Assembly (NCBI GenBank): GCA_000146045.2
Contig: BK006946.2
Span: 704,001 to 768,000 of the forward strand
Length of the DNA: 64,000 bases
Reading direction: 5' to 3'
From: TPA_inf: Saccharomyces
Taxonomy: Eukaryota
Both the position numbers and the translations under genes were made by a program. Within the stretch, counting starts at the first letter, position 1, and every line of letters starts with the position of its first letter. The notes beneath the pieces were generated by a model. The model ran no database searches. It saw nothing but the letters and a program-made list of their open reading frames with translations, and was not told the origin of the DNA. This document shows, piece by piece, positions 1 to 11,637 of this stretch.

Positions 1-2887
1 CATCCATATCAGTATTACATACTGCAATTCCTCTACTCACTTTATTCAAGCAGATCAATATTTTGTCAAGGACCGCTTTTTCAATGCATAGGTTACGTAT
101 CTTCGACTTTGTTTTATTCAGGTCTATTGAAGTCTTTAACAATCTAATTATCCTGTTTTCTTTGAATGCATCATAATCGTATTTCAACTTTTTCAAAATT
201 TCTAATTCCCAAAATGTTTTCCACTTTTCAAACAGAATAAACCATTCAACATCACCTTCAATAAGCACGGCGTCTGTAATAAAGCAATCTAGCTGTTCTT
301 TTAATGTGTTGTATCTAACTTTCAGATTAAAGATGTCTTTTGAATCGAAGTTATTATTGGCTGTGATTTCGTAGCAATTAATGAAACTCTCATTCCCATC
401 GAAAGTAATTAACGCGGGTGTAGTAGCGATGTAGTCACCACGTATGTTGTAATCATTTCGTGTATCTGGTGCTGATAATTCTGAACTATATAAAATTACT
501 GGCTCTTCCCTGACTGAAGAGTTTAGAAGAAATTTGAAGAAAAATATATCCTTTTTAAAAATATCTTCCACTGAAACAGACAGTTGTAAATAACATTGAA
601 TGCGGACCTTCTTGGTCTCACCAAAGGTGCCTTGATCATTTTTTTTGGTGAAGGATGTTTTAATTATTAAGTCGAAGGCGGTTATTTGGTCCAACAGATA
701 GTATTCTAGCCTAACGTTCTCGAATGGAGTATTATATCTCTTCCTTGCCTGAATTTCATCCATGGAAAAACTAACAGGTAAATTTTTCATGTTTCCAATA
801 TTTTTTTGCACCTCAACCTCTACTTGCAAAGATTCTAAAGCGTCAGATTGCACGCTTTTCAATTCAAGTGCATACTCTCCCAAGTTTAAATTATGCGCCT
901 GCTTCACCAGAACCTTAGTACTTTCCTTACAATATATTTCTGGCACTACAATAAACTCATCTTGATTCTCCGGAAACTCCTTTACAAAAGTAATCCCCTC
1001 AACAATGATTTCGAAAGAAAGCAGAGAAAATTCACCGTACATGATATCTCTACACTCCAATATTAGTTTATTTTCACCTTTCTTCAAAAGAAAATCACTG
1101 GCTCCAAAAACTATCACGTCTCCCCCCATATTTTTCAAAGATAATCTCATTGTTTTTGTACTGATATCCTCCGGAAATCCGTAGCTTTTCAAGTTAACTT
1201 CAATAGCACTAACATTCGCTCTTGCCAGATGAACTTTAGAATTCAAAGTTACTTCGAATAGCCCATCTAAAGGATACATTAGATGAATGTTATTTTTCAT
1301 TTGTAAATCCATGAACTTTTTCCACCAAATTTCCTTGCTATCGTTATCTTTGCATAACTTAAGTATATTGAGAAATGCATTAGTTAAAACGGCCGATGCA
1401 GAAACTGATTCCCCATCAATCTGTAAGACGTCTAATTTGGGGCAGTGGCTCAAGGAATCAATGAAAACTTGCAATATTTTCAAACCAATGCTATTCCAGT
1501 TCGTTTGAGTATAATATTCGTAACAGGAAAGGAAAAGCGAGACTGCCTCCTCATATTTCTTTCCCTGATAGTAAAGCAAACCTATCTCAATGGATAAAAT
1601 ATCTACTATCCTTTGACGCTTCCCTTCACATTTGTTGAAGAGAGAAAGAATTTCTTTGGTGAGAGTAAGGAAGTTTTCTTGGAAGACAGTTTCATCGACA
1701 AAAGTTTCTTTTAATAGATCAAATTTGTATTTAACGTCACTATTAGGGTAGTTTTTGTCCATTAGTCTATAACCACTTGTAGCCATAACACCTTGCACCC
1801 AGTTGTCGCGCTTCAACATTAATAACTCAGCTTTGATTTCACACAAGAGAGGATTTGAGACATTCTCAAATTCAAAATATGACAGCATCGAAGTTATAAA
1901 ATAGTGCTTAAATTCCAATAATCTCACAGACTTTCTATACTCTATTGATATGGATTCAATAAAATTCTTGATTAGTTGAAATGCTCCTACAAAGGCGGTC
2001 AACGTCTGGTCCTCTAGTTTTAGAAGTCTTAACCTTCTAATGAAAAAATACTTATGCAATTGAAACTTATCGAGTGTACCTTCTATTATTATGGAGCCCA
2101 GTGATTCATCTGATTTAGAAGATGATTCAAAAGGTACCTGAAGTTTTCCATCCGGCATATTCATGTTTCTACGGAGTATTTCTTTTTTGATTTTTTGCAA
2201 TTCCAGGCTGGCATCTTCCAAAATATTGAATACCACATATAACTCGTACAATTTTTCTCTTGTCAAAAGCTGTTCCTCAAAGTTATTTCCTTTTTGTAAA
2301 TTGGCCAACGAATGTTGCAAATGTGTCAATCGTTTTTGAAAGATGCTCAGTACGGAAGCCTTAATCTTTTGGCTAAATTGGTTCCAAAACTCCTGCCTTT
2401 CTTTGGGAGATCTATAAACCGATCGAACTTCCAAAGTTTGTACATGCGGAAAGTCTTTGCCAAATTTCTCCATTAGGGATACCGATTTGAATAGGTTAGA
2501 GTCCACTACTTCAGAATTGGCATACAGTAAAATAATTGGTTTATAAATCATTTTTTCTCCTGTCGATGAAGATACAGATTCCAGATTTGGTAGCCACTGT
2601 CTCACAAGAGGCCGTACTTTGGCCCTGTATTGGTCGATAGAGATACAGTTCACTATCAAAAATCTGATAAACGGCTGTTCATCATTAGACTTGTCTGCCT
2701 CCCCTCTACCTTCTGGAATCAATTCAATTGGAAGCCTGTTAACCGTTCGTACAGTTCCGTCAAATGCCTTCCAATGTATATTGTCTAACGGTAAAATCTG
2801 CTGAAACTCTGGCCTCAGACTCTCAAATAAATCAAACGGGTCAAAATAGCTGACAGGAACCGATCCACAATATATTTCTTTATCCAT
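1..2887 (-). CDS. TRS130: TRS130 (TRAPPII subunit), C-terminal ~962 codons; the N-terminal part lies left of the window
   Basis: Uninterrupted minus-strand reading frame from the window edge to an ATG at 2885-2887, translating MDKEIYCGSVPVSYFDPFDLFESLRPEF. Identity is inferred from gene order just upstream of ESC1 and from the protein start, both from memory. Confidence 0.8.
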   Translation of the reverse strand, partial: MDKEIYCGSVPVSYFDPFDLFESLRPEFQQILPLDNIHWKAFDGTVRTVNRLPIELIPEGRGEADKSNDEQPFIRFLIVNCISIDQYRAKVRPLVRQWLPNLESVSSSTGEKMIYKPIILLYANSEVVDSNLFKSVSLMEKFGKDFPHVQTLEVRSVYRSPKERQEFWNQFSQKIKASVLSIFQKRLTHLQHSLANLQKGNNFEEQLLTREKLYELYVVFNILEDASLELQKIKKEILRRNMNMPDGKLQVPFESSSKSDESLGSIIIEGTLDKFQLHKYFFIRRLRLLKLEDQTLTAFVGAFQLIKNFIESISIEYRKSVRLLEFKHYFITSMLSYFEFENVSNPLLCEIKAELLMLKRDNWVQGVMATSGYRLMDKNYPNSDVKYKFDLLKETFVDETVFQENFLTLTKEILSLFNKCEGKRQRIVDILSIEIGLLYYQGKKYEEAVSLFLSCYEYYTQTNWNSIGLKILQVFIDSLSHCPKLDVLQIDGESVSASAVLTNAFLNILKLCKDNDSKEIWWKKFMDLQMKNNIHLMYPLDGLFEVTLNSKVHLARANVSAIEVNLKSYGFPEDISTKTMRLSLKNMGGDVIVFGASDFLLKKGENKLILECRDIMYGEFSLLSFEIIVEGITFVKEFPENQDEFIVVPEIYCKESTKVLVKQAHNLNLGEYALELKSVQSDALESLQVEVEVQKNIGNMKNLPVSFSMDEIQARKRYNTPFENVRLEYYLLDQITAFDLIIKTSFTKKNDQGTFGETKKVRIQCYLQLSVSVEDIFKKDIFFFKFLLNSSVREEPVILYSSELSAPDTRNDYNIRGDYIATTPALITFDGNESFINCYEITANNNFDSKDIFNLKVRYNTLKEQLDCFITDAVLIEGDVEWFILFEKWKTFWELEILKKLKYDYDAFKENRIIRLLKTSIDLNKTKSKIRNLCIEKAVLDKILICLNKVSRGIAVCNTDMD

Positions 2888-3132
2888 CTACTATATTAGC
2901 ATGTAAAAGCAAGTTCACTGGCTATTTTTATTGCTTTTATGCTCACTTTCTTTCAAAACTTCTAACTTGCACTTTTCACCATTTTCATGTTCCGCGAGCT
3001 GTTCTTAAGAAGTGAAAACAAAGGAATTTAAAATGCGAGAAAGTCTTTAGTCCTATTGACAAGTATATTGAACACGTTGTAAATTCACCAAGGGGTTAAG
3101 TACAAGAACCAATAAATCTATACTGTGAAAAT

Positions 3133-6100
3133 ATGTCAAAAAAAAAAGAAACCTTTACTCCAAGGGCAAATAAACTTAAACTGACGACCCCAAGAAGAAA
3201 ACTGAAAATACTGTCATCTCTCCTTGACGCGGACGAGGATTCCAAAATGAAAGATCAACATGGGTACTCAAGGGTCCACAATGATAAATACAGAGTAGCA
3301 AAGCCTACTCAGCACTCGACTTTACATGAATCTATTTCCTCCAGGCGAAGCAGTCATATTCATAATAAATCCCTTCATGAAGATAGTGCGAGGGCATTAA
3401 GCTGGGTAGATTCTCTAATTAATAGGGGGAAAAGTATACTTACTACACTAGAAAAGGAAGATGCCTTGTTTGAGCGTAGTCTTGAGGAGGAAAGACAACG
3501 TTTTCAGCTTCATGACTCTTTAATGAACAAGTACACAGGAAACAGTAAATCTCATCAGCGACTAATCGATCTCAGGAAGAGCCAATACGGAACGGATACT
3601 TCTTTCCAAAATAATGATGAAATTCCCTTAGATAGTTTCATAAGTTCTCCCTTACCGGACGCTGAGGACGAGTCGTCCTCAAATATCGACTCCGATAAGG
3701 ATGAAGATCTGGAAGGTAAACAATCTTTAATCAAAGATTTCGATCTTGAAAATGATGAATACGAGCTCTCTGAAGAAGAAAAGAATAGTGACGGCCAAAG
3801 TAGTCCTTCAATAATGATATTATCAGATGAAGAATATGCAGAGGAAGGAGCACTACAAGATGTATCGAATGATGAATATGCCGAAGAGGAGGGGCAAGTT
3901 GAGAGAAAGAATATAGGGCAAGAACAGGCAAATGTAGAGAATGCTACACAAATTAGTTCTTCTGATTCCAGTGAAGGACAGAATTATTCAGAGGGAGTAG
4001 AAATGGAATTAGAAGACGACATTGATGTGGAAAGCGATGCTGAAAAAGATGAAAGTCAGGGTGCAGAAGGAACAGAACATTCGGTAGATTTTTCAAAATA
4101 CATGCAGCCTAGAACAGATAATACTAAGATCCCCGTTATCGAAAAATATGAATCTGATGAGCACAAAGTCCATCAAAGATATTCAGAAGACGGTGCATTT
4201 GATTTCGGTTCAGTAAATATTTCAGTTGACGATGAGTCCGAGGATGAAGAAAGTCAAGCTGAAAGTTACTCAGCAAATGCTGAAAATGTGTACCACCATA
4301 ATGAACATGAACTGGATGATAAGGAACTAATAGAAGATATAGAATCTTCAGATAGTGAATCCCAAAGTGCACAAGAAAGCGAACAAGGAAGTGAAGATGA
4401 TTTTGAATATAAAATGAAAAACGAAAAAAGCACGTCAGAAGAAACTGAGAATACCAGCGAAAGCAGAGACCAAGGTTTCGCTAAAGATGCTTATACTAAG
4501 AACAAAGTGGAACAACAGGAAAATGACGAAGAACCTGAAAAAGATGACATTATCAGAAGCTCTCTAGACAAAAATTTTCACGGAAACAACAACAAAAGTG
4601 AATACTCGGAAAATGTTTTGGAGAATGAAACTGATCCTGCTATAGTAGAAAGAGAAAATCAAATTAACGATGTTGAAGGTTATGACGTAACAGGAAAAAG
4701 TGTCGAAAGTGATTTGCACGAGCATTCCCCTGATAATTTGTATGATCTCGCCGCAAGGGCTATGCTTCAATTCCAACAAAGTAGAAATTCGAACTGCCCT
4801 CAAAAAGAGGAGCAGGTATCCGAATCTTATTTAGGGCACTCAAATGGAAGCAACTTATCGGGCAGGTCTTTAGACGAATCCGAAGAGCAAATACCCCTAA
4901 AGGACTTCACAGGTGAAAACAATAATAATTTAAAAACAGACCGAGGTGATCTTTCATCTTCTGTTGAAATAGAGGTTGAAAAAGTTTCTGAAAAGAAACT
5001 GGACGGTTCTACAGAAAAAGAACTGGTACCACTATCCACAGATACTACGATTAACAATTCATCATTAGGAAATGAAGACAGTATCTATTATTCACTCGAT
5101 GACGCTGATGCTATATCAGAGAATCTTACCGATGTTCCTCTTATGGAAATCAAAACAACTCCGAAATATGAAGTAGTAATTTCTGAATCTGTGTATAGTT
5201 CTACTTCTTACGAAGATAACACAGTTGCCATGCCACCGCAAGTGGAGTACACTTCACCATTTATGAATGACCCATTCAATTCGTTGAACGATGATTACGA
5301 AAAGAAGCATGACCTACTGAAATCAACGTTAGCAGCCCTTGCCCCAGCTTTCACCAAAAAGGATGCAGAATTTGTGGAAGCTGGAGTGACGAAATCATGC
5401 TTGACATCTACATCTGGGCACACAAACATTTTTCACACAAGTAAGGAAACTAAACAGGTGAGCGATTTGGATGAATCTACGGAAAACGTTACTTTTGAAA
5501 ATGAAAATACAGGTGATGAAAATAAAAATCAAAGTAAAAATTTTCCAGGCGTGGCTAACAGTACTGACAAGTCAACTGAAGATAACACGGATGAAAAGTA
5601 CTTTTCAGCGATTAATTATACCAACGTTACAGGAGACTCTTCCTGCGAGGACATAATTGAAACGGCTTCAAATGTAGAAGAAAATTTAAGATACTGTGAA
5701 AAGGATATGAACGAAGCTGAGATGTCTTCTGGCGATGAATGCGTAAAACAGAATGATGATGGTAGTAAAACTCAAATTTCGTTTTCAACAGATTCGCCAG
5801 ACAATTTTCAAGAAAGCAACGACAACACTGAATTCTCTTCTACTAAATATAAAGTAAGAAATAGTGATCTTGAAGACGACGAATCACTCAAGAAGGAACT
5901 TACAAAAGCTGAAGTAGTTGATAAGCTTGATGAAGAGGAAAGTGAGGATTCATATGAACAAGATTATGCGGATCCAGAACCAGGCAATGATGAAGGCAGT
6001 AATGAAAATATAGTTAAAGGTACAAAAAAGGATACTCTCGGAATAGTAGAACCAGAAAATGAAAAAGTTAATAAGGTGCACGAAGAAGAAACACTTTTCG

Positions 6101-8109
6101 AAGCCAATGTCAGTTCATCCGTAAATGTTCAGAACAAAGACATGCACACCGACGTCATCAATCAAGAGGCGCAAGCGAATTACGAAGCTGGTGAAAGAAA
6201 ATACTATATCCAGAATACAGATACGGAGGAAGCACACATTTCCATTATCGAAAGAATAGATGAGAATGCGATTGGAAATAATATGGAGATCCCAGAAAGG
6301 TCGTGCGTGGAAAAAACGCACAACGAAGTGCTCTTTGAAAGAAGAGCAACTACCATTGAAAACACAAAAGCCCTGGAAAATAATACCAATATGCATGATC
6401 AGGTTAGCCAAGCTTGCTCTGATTCAGACCGAGACCAAGACTCCACAGCTGAAAAAAATGTTGAGGGATCTGCAAAACATAATTTGGACATTCGGGTGTC
6501 CAGTTCGGAAATTGAGTCTGTGGAACCATTGAAGCCAGAATCTGATCGATCAAATATTTTTTCATCCCCAATTCGTGTTATTGGAGCTGTAGTTAAGGGA
6601 GTGGGTAAGGTAGTCGACGTAGCTGAATCATTCGTGAAAAAAATTGATGTTATGGATTCTGAGAGTGATGATAACGTTGATATTGGTGATTATAATCAAG
6701 ACATTTTTAACAAGTCGAATTCTACCGATGCATCTGTTAATATGAAAAGTGTAAGTAGCAAAGAGAGAGACAGCGATGAAGATGAAGCTGTCATACTCGG
6801 AGGAGTTACCGCAGAAGCACATAATGACAATGGTAATAATTCTCGTGTGATAAACATCGATCCCACGACAAACGGTGCTTATGAAGAGGACTCCGAAGTG
6901 TTTCGACAGCAAGTAAAGGACAAGGAAAATTTGCATAAGTCGGAAGAGCCGCTAGTTGAAGGTTTACAATCCGAGCAACATTTCGAAAAGAAAGACCACA
7001 GCGAGAATGAAGAAGAATTTGATACCATATATGGAGATATAACATCAGCAAATATTCACAGTAATGCCCCCGATGATATTAAGAGACAACAACTCCTAAA
7101 GAATCTAAGTGACCTAGAGAATTATTCTCAGAGGCTCATTGAAGATTCCAGGAGAGGAAAAAATCAAGAAGAATCAGACGAAGTTAATACAAGCCGTGAA
7201 CGGGATCTCACGTTTGAAAAGTCCGTTAATGAGAAATATGCTGGAGCAATTGAAGAAGACACTTTTTCGGAGTTAGATATTAGCATTCAACACCCCGAAC
7301 ATGAAGAAGACCTGGACCTATCAAACAATCAGGAGAGGTCAATAGAAGAACTAAATTCAGAGCCAGAAGAAGCTGAGTTGTACGAATTGGAAATAGAGGG
7401 CCCTACAGAGACAGCAGCTTCTAGTAAAATGAATGATGATGAAAGGCAACGCGGAAATATACCGTCCACAGATCTTCCATCTGATCCTCCGTCTGATAAG
7501 GAAGAAGTGACAGATTCTTATCCCTATTCAAATTCGGAAAATATTACCGCTGAAAAGAGTGCGCCAACATCACCGGAAGTGTATGAAATATTCTCAGACA
7601 CGCCAAATGAAGTCCCTATGGAAATTAATGATGAAATTCCCGCCACCACGCTTGAGAAACACGATAAAACCAATGTAACATCCGTTTTGGATGATAGATC
7701 AGAACATTTATCTAGCCACGATGTTGATAATGAGCCACACGATAATTCCATTAACATCAAAGTAAATGAAGGTGAGGAGCCCGAACATCAAGCAGTGGAT
7801 ATACCTGTTAAAGTAGAAGTTAAAGAAGAACAGGAGGAAATGCCTTCAAAATCTGTACTTGAAGAACAGAAACCAAGTATGGAACTAATCAATGATAAAA
7901 GTTCTCCAGAAAATAATAATGATGAGGAAACAAACCGCGAAAAGGACAAAACTAAAGCAAAAAAGAAAAGCCGTAAAAGAAACTACAACAGCAGAAGACG
8001 GAAAAGAAAAATCACAGAAGGCAGTTCTGCCGCATCAAATACTAAAAGGCGTAGGGGGCACGAGCCAAAAAGCCGTGGACAGAATACGCATCCAAGTGTT
8101 GACAAATAA
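3133..8109 (+). CDS. ESC1: ESC1, nuclear-periphery silencing protein; 1658 aa, highly acidic, low-complexity, Ser/Asp/Glu-rich
   Basis: A 1658-aa ORF whose length and composition match ESC1 (YMR219W) from memory, located immediately upstream of ERG8. Confidence 0.9.
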   Translation: MSKKKETFTPRANKLKLTTPRRKLKILSSLLDADEDSKMKDQHGYSRVHNDKYRVAKPTQHSTLHESISSRRSSHIHNKSLHEDSARALSWVDSLINRGKSILTTLEKEDALFERSLEEERQRFQLHDSLMNKYTGNSKSHQRLIDLRKSQYGTDTSFQNNDEIPLDSFISSPLPDAEDESSSNIDSDKDEDLEGKQSLIKDFDLENDEYELSEEEKNSDGQSSPSIMILSDEEYAEEGALQDVSNDEYAEEEGQVERKNIGQEQANVENATQISSSDSSEGQNYSEGVEMELEDDIDVESDAEKDESQGAEGTEHSVDFSKYMQPRTDNTKIPVIEKYESDEHKVHQRYSEDGAFDFGSVNISVDDESEDEESQAESYSANAENVYHHNEHELDDKELIEDIESSDSESQSAQESEQGSEDDFEYKMKNEKSTSEETENTSESRDQGFAKDAYTKNKVEQQENDEEPEKDDIIRSSLDKNFHGNNNKSEYSENVLENETDPAIVERENQINDVEGYDVTGKSVESDLHEHSPDNLYDLAARAMLQFQQSRNSNCPQKEEQVSESYLGHSNGSNLSGRSLDESEEQIPLKDFTGENNNNLKTDRGDLSSSVEIEVEKVSEKKLDGSTEKELVPLSTDTTINNSSLGNEDSIYYSLDDADAISENLTDVPLMEIKTTPKYEVVISESVYSSTSYEDNTVAMPPQVEYTSPFMNDPFNSLNDDYEKKHDLLKSTLAALAPAFTKKDAEFVEAGVTKSCLTSTSGHTNIFHTSKETKQVSDLDESTENVTFENENTGDENKNQSKNFPGVANSTDKSTEDNTDEKYFSAINYTNVTGDSSCEDIIETASNVEENLRYCEKDMNEAEMSSGDECVKQNDDGSKTQISFSTDSPDNFQESNDNTEFSSTKYKVRNSDLEDDESLKKELTKAEVVDKLDEEESEDSYEQDYADPEPGNDEGSNENIVKGTKKDTLGIVEPENEKVNKVHEEETLFEANVSSSVNVQNKDMHTDVINQEAQANYEAGERKYYIQNTDTEEAHISIIERIDENAIGNNMEIPERSCVEKTHNEVLFERRATTIENTKALENNTNMHDQVSQACSDSDRDQDSTAEKNVEGSAKHNLDIRVSSSEIESVEPLKPESDRSNIFSSPIRVIGAVVKGVGKVVDVAESFVKKIDVMDSESDDNVDIGDYNQDIFNKSNSTDASVNMKSVSSKERDSDEDEAVILGGVTAEAHNDNGNNSRVINIDPTTNGAYEEDSEVFRQQVKDKENLHKSEEPLVEGLQSEQHFEKKDHSENEEEFDTIYGDITSANIHSNAPDDIKRQQLLKNLSDLENYSQRLIEDSRRGKNQEESDEVNTSRERDLTFEKSVNEKYAGAIEEDTFSELDISIQHPEHEEDLDLSNNQERSIEELNSEPEEAELYELEIEGPTETAASSKMNDDERQRGNIPSTDLPSDPPSDKEEVTDSYPYSNSENITAEKSAPTSPEVYEIFSDTPNEVPMEINDEIPATTLEKHDKTNVTSVLDDRSEHLSSHDVDNEPHDNSINIKVNEGEEPEHQAVDIPVKVEVKEEQEEMPSKSVLEEQKPSMELINDKSSPENNNDEETNREKDKTKAKKKSRKRNYNSRRRKRKITEGSSAASNTKRRRGHEPKSRGQNTHPSVDK

Positions 8110-8315
8110 TCAAATTGTATACAGGAATATGTAGATAGTAATAATTATTGCGATGCGTTTTTCTATACGAGATCTAAAAGGAAAAAAGTTCGGTTTTAAG
8201 GCGGAGTTAACGTCATGTCGAATGGAAAGAAAGATTATATAAAGAATGGAAAAACAAAAAAGGTGAAAAAACATCTTGGAAGGCCTCATAATAAATCAAT
8301 CGGCTGCCTCGAGAA

Positions 8316-9671
8316 ATGTCAGAGTTGAGAGCCTTCAGTGCCCCAGGGAAAGCGTTACTAGCTGGTGGATATTTAGTTTTAGATACAAAATATGAAGCAT
8401 TTGTAGTCGGATTATCGGCAAGAATGCATGCTGTAGCCCATCCTTACGGTTCATTGCAAGGGTCTGATAAGTTTGAAGTGCGTGTGAAAAGTAAACAATT
8501 TAAAGATGGGGAGTGGCTGTACCATATAAGTCCTAAAAGTGGCTTCATTCCTGTTTCGATAGGCGGATCTAAGAACCCTTTCATTGAAAAAGTTATCGCT
8601 AACGTATTTAGCTACTTTAAACCTAACATGGACGACTACTGCAATAGAAACTTGTTCGTTATTGATATTTTCTCTGATGATGCCTACCATTCTCAGGAGG
8701 ATAGCGTTACCGAACATCGTGGCAACAGAAGATTGAGTTTTCATTCGCACAGAATTGAAGAAGTTCCCAAAACAGGGCTGGGCTCCTCGGCAGGTTTAGT
8801 CACAGTTTTAACTACAGCTTTGGCCTCCTTTTTTGTATCGGACCTGGAAAATAATGTAGACAAATATAGAGAAGTTATTCATAATTTAGCACAAGTTGCT
8901 CATTGTCAAGCTCAGGGTAAAATTGGAAGCGGGTTTGATGTAGCGGCGGCAGCATATGGATCTATCAGATATAGAAGATTCCCACCCGCATTAATCTCTA
9001 ATTTGCCAGATATTGGAAGTGCTACTTACGGCAGTAAACTGGCGCATTTGGTTGATGAAGAAGACTGGAATATTACGATTAAAAGTAACCATTTACCTTC
9101 GGGATTAACTTTATGGATGGGCGATATTAAGAATGGTTCAGAAACAGTAAAACTGGTCCAGAAGGTAAAAAATTGGTATGATTCGCATATGCCAGAAAGC
9201 TTGAAAATATATACAGAACTCGATCATGCAAATTCTAGATTTATGGATGGACTATCTAAACTAGATCGCTTACACGAGACTCATGACGATTACAGCGATC
9301 AGATATTTGAGTCTCTTGAGAGGAATGACTGTACCTGTCAAAAGTATCCTGAAATCACAGAAGTTAGAGATGCAGTTGCCACAATTAGACGTTCCTTTAG
9401 AAAAATAACTAAAGAATCTGGTGCCGATATCGAACCTCCCGTACAAACTAGCTTATTGGATGATTGCCAGACCTTAAAAGGAGTTCTTACTTGCTTAATA
9501 CCTGGTGCTGGTGGTTATGACGCCATTGCAGTGATTACTAAGCAAGATGTTGATCTTAGGGCTCAAACCGCTAATGACAAAAGATTTTCTAAGGTTCAAT
9601 GGCTGGATGTAACTCAGGCTGACTGGGGTGTTAGGAAAGAAAAAGATCCGGAAACTTATCTTGATAAATAA
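8316..9671 (+). CDS. ERG8: Phosphomevalonate kinase, 451 aa
   Basis: N-terminus [23 protein letters not shown] with the GHMP-kinase motif [10 protein letters not shown], and the length, match ERG8. Confidence 0.95.
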
Positions 9672-9930
9672 CTTAAGGTAGATAATAGTGGTCCATGTGA
9701 CATCTTTATAAATGTGAAGTTTGAAGTGACAGCGCTTAACATCTAACCATTCATCTTCCGATAGTACTTGAAATTGTTCCTTTCGGCGGCATGATAAAAT
9801 TCTTTTAATGGGTACAAGCTATACATACTAGGATGAGGATGGTACTGAGAACGATAAATAAACTTTCTAGATATATAACTTTATGTCATTTAAATATAAA
9901 TAAAGTGCGTGTTAGCTTGAAAGTGTGCAC

Positions 9931-11445
9931 TCAGATAGTTTGGTAGTTGGAGGACAATCCTCTTTCATTCACGGGCTTGGGCAAAATCTGAGATCGTATG
10001 TAAAATGTTAAAGTTAGTGAAAAAACGACTGTGAGGATTACCAGTGTAAGGTTTATTGGGAATGGATTCATGTTGAAAGTAGTATGTGTCCATTTGTCCA
10101 GTAAGTTTTGACTCATGTTGAAAATACCACAAATGCAGGACAATAACCCATAAACAGTACCAAATGTGTCAAATCCAAAAACTTTTGAAGAATAATCAGA
10201 AACAACTGTGTAATAAAATGGTCTGTACACTACCAGAAGTACTATACCTATTAAGTTCCAAGTGAATGAATTTGGAATCAAGCCAAAAACACCTATAGCG
10301 GTAGAAGTGGTGAACAATATTGTGAGAGTGGACAAAGTATCTGTATGGTCCAAGAGCAGCCCAATAAATGGTATGGAAACAGCACCGCCAAGTGGAAGTA
10401 ACATATCAAAAATGGAATTCAATTTTAGTGCTAAATCAGGATCATTTAATAAGTATTCTTCTTGTGTTCTGACGGTAGCAATAAAATAGTTTATCCTCAG
10501 CATGGCAACAAGCGCAAATAAAAGCATTAAATAAAACCACGGACTCTTTATTTGTTCATAAGCGGATTTCCCATGCAAGACTCCGAATATGCCGCCTGAC
10601 TTTTTCTGCAACTTATCTTCAACGTAAGTTTCCAATACCGATTTCCTTCTCTGCGGCCTTGATGGGATACTATCTTCTTCACGCTCGATTGCAATCAACG
10701 ATTGACGTTCCTGTTCATCAGGGATGATACCGGAGCCTGTATCACCCTCGATGAGTCTTCCGTTTTCATCTAAACCTTCCACAGCGATCTTAGCAATGTG
10801 ATTGACAGTTTTGTAGGAAGAATGAGGCATTATCGTGAGTTGACAGGCAAGAATAAACACTGGAACAATCAAATATAGGGTGAAAAATCTGGAAACGTTC
10901 AAGGTAGGAAACCAGTTTTGATATAACAACCTATATAACAGAAACAGCGCAGATGACGAATCAAATGATCCTGTTAGTAGGGCCAATACGGTTCCTGATC
11001 TTTGTGGGAAGCTATTTGCCAATTGAAAACATGAAATGAAGACGAACGGACCGGCAACTGCCAAAAGCGTGTAACCGACAAGATATGGGTCCCAAAGAGA
11101 CACTAGATGCTTGGCAGAAATAAAATTACCGCTTGCTAGGAACAAGAGACATGATCCTATTATTCCGCAGACACGAGGTCCATACATATCCAAAATCTTA
11201 CCGACAGGAAGGGCCATGATGTTTGTTACAGTAGCACTGAGAGCAAATATAAAATTTAATTTCAGATCCTGTGCAGTACATAATAATCTATCACCATCCT
11301 TAGGATCACACAATTCATGGTATACACCTTCTGAAATTAAAATAGGTTTCAAAGCAGCAAATCCAAAGATAATACCAGCTGAAAAAAGACACCAGATACA
11401 AGCACAGGCAACCTGTGCGTATCTCAACGTTCTTGTACTGGTCAT
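9931..11445 (-). CDS. FMP42: FMP42, MFS-type multi-pass membrane protein, 504 aa
   Basis: A 504-aa polytopic hydrophobic ORF whose position between ERG8 and FSH2 matches YMR221C. Confidence 0.85.
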   Translation of the reverse strand: MTSTRTLRYAQVACACIWCLFSAGIIFGFAALKPILISEGVYHELCDPKDGDRLLCTAQDLKLNFIFALSATVTNIMALPVGKILDMYGPRVCGIIGSCLLFLASGNFISAKHLVSLWDPYLVGYTLLAVAGPFVFISCFQLANSFPQRSGTVLALLTGSFDSSSALFLLYRLLYQNWFPTLNVSRFFTLYLIVPVFILACQLTIMPHSSYKTVNHIAKIAVEGLDENGRLIEGDTGSGIIPDEQERQSLIAIEREEDSIPSRPQRRKSVLETYVEDKLQKKSGGIFGVLHGKSAYEQIKSPWFYLMLLFALVAMLRINYFIATVRTQEEYLLNDPDLALKLNSIFDMLLPLGGAVSIPFIGLLLDHTDTLSTLTILFTTSTAIGVFGLIPNSFTWNLIGIVLLVVYRPFYYTVVSDYSSKVFGFDTFGTVYGLLSCICGIFNMSQNLLDKWTHTTFNMNPFPINLTLVILTVVFSLTLTFYIRSQILPKPVNERGLSSNYQTI

Positions 11446-11637
11446 TACAGTCTTTACTGCCCTAATACTGGCCTAACGAGGAATAAAATCATTTATAGAT
11501 GCCATTGTTATCGTTATCATAATGAAGCATCGTATCGGTAGTTAAGTTAATTTGACGTATTATTACCCGGAGGATTTAATCATGTATAAATATGTATGTG
11601 AAGATTATGTGAAGATTACGTGCTATATATACTTGCC

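Noticed and set aside
3731-7760. Multiple 60-100-aa ORFs antisense to or out of frame with ESC1
   Set aside because: They lie inside a 1658-aa conserved gene and have hydrophobic, low-complexity translations, as expected by chance in AT-rich codon-biased sequence.
11111-11476. A 121-aa ORF antisense to FMP42
   Set aside because: It overlaps a conserved membrane-protein gene on the opposite strand and has no distinguishing features.
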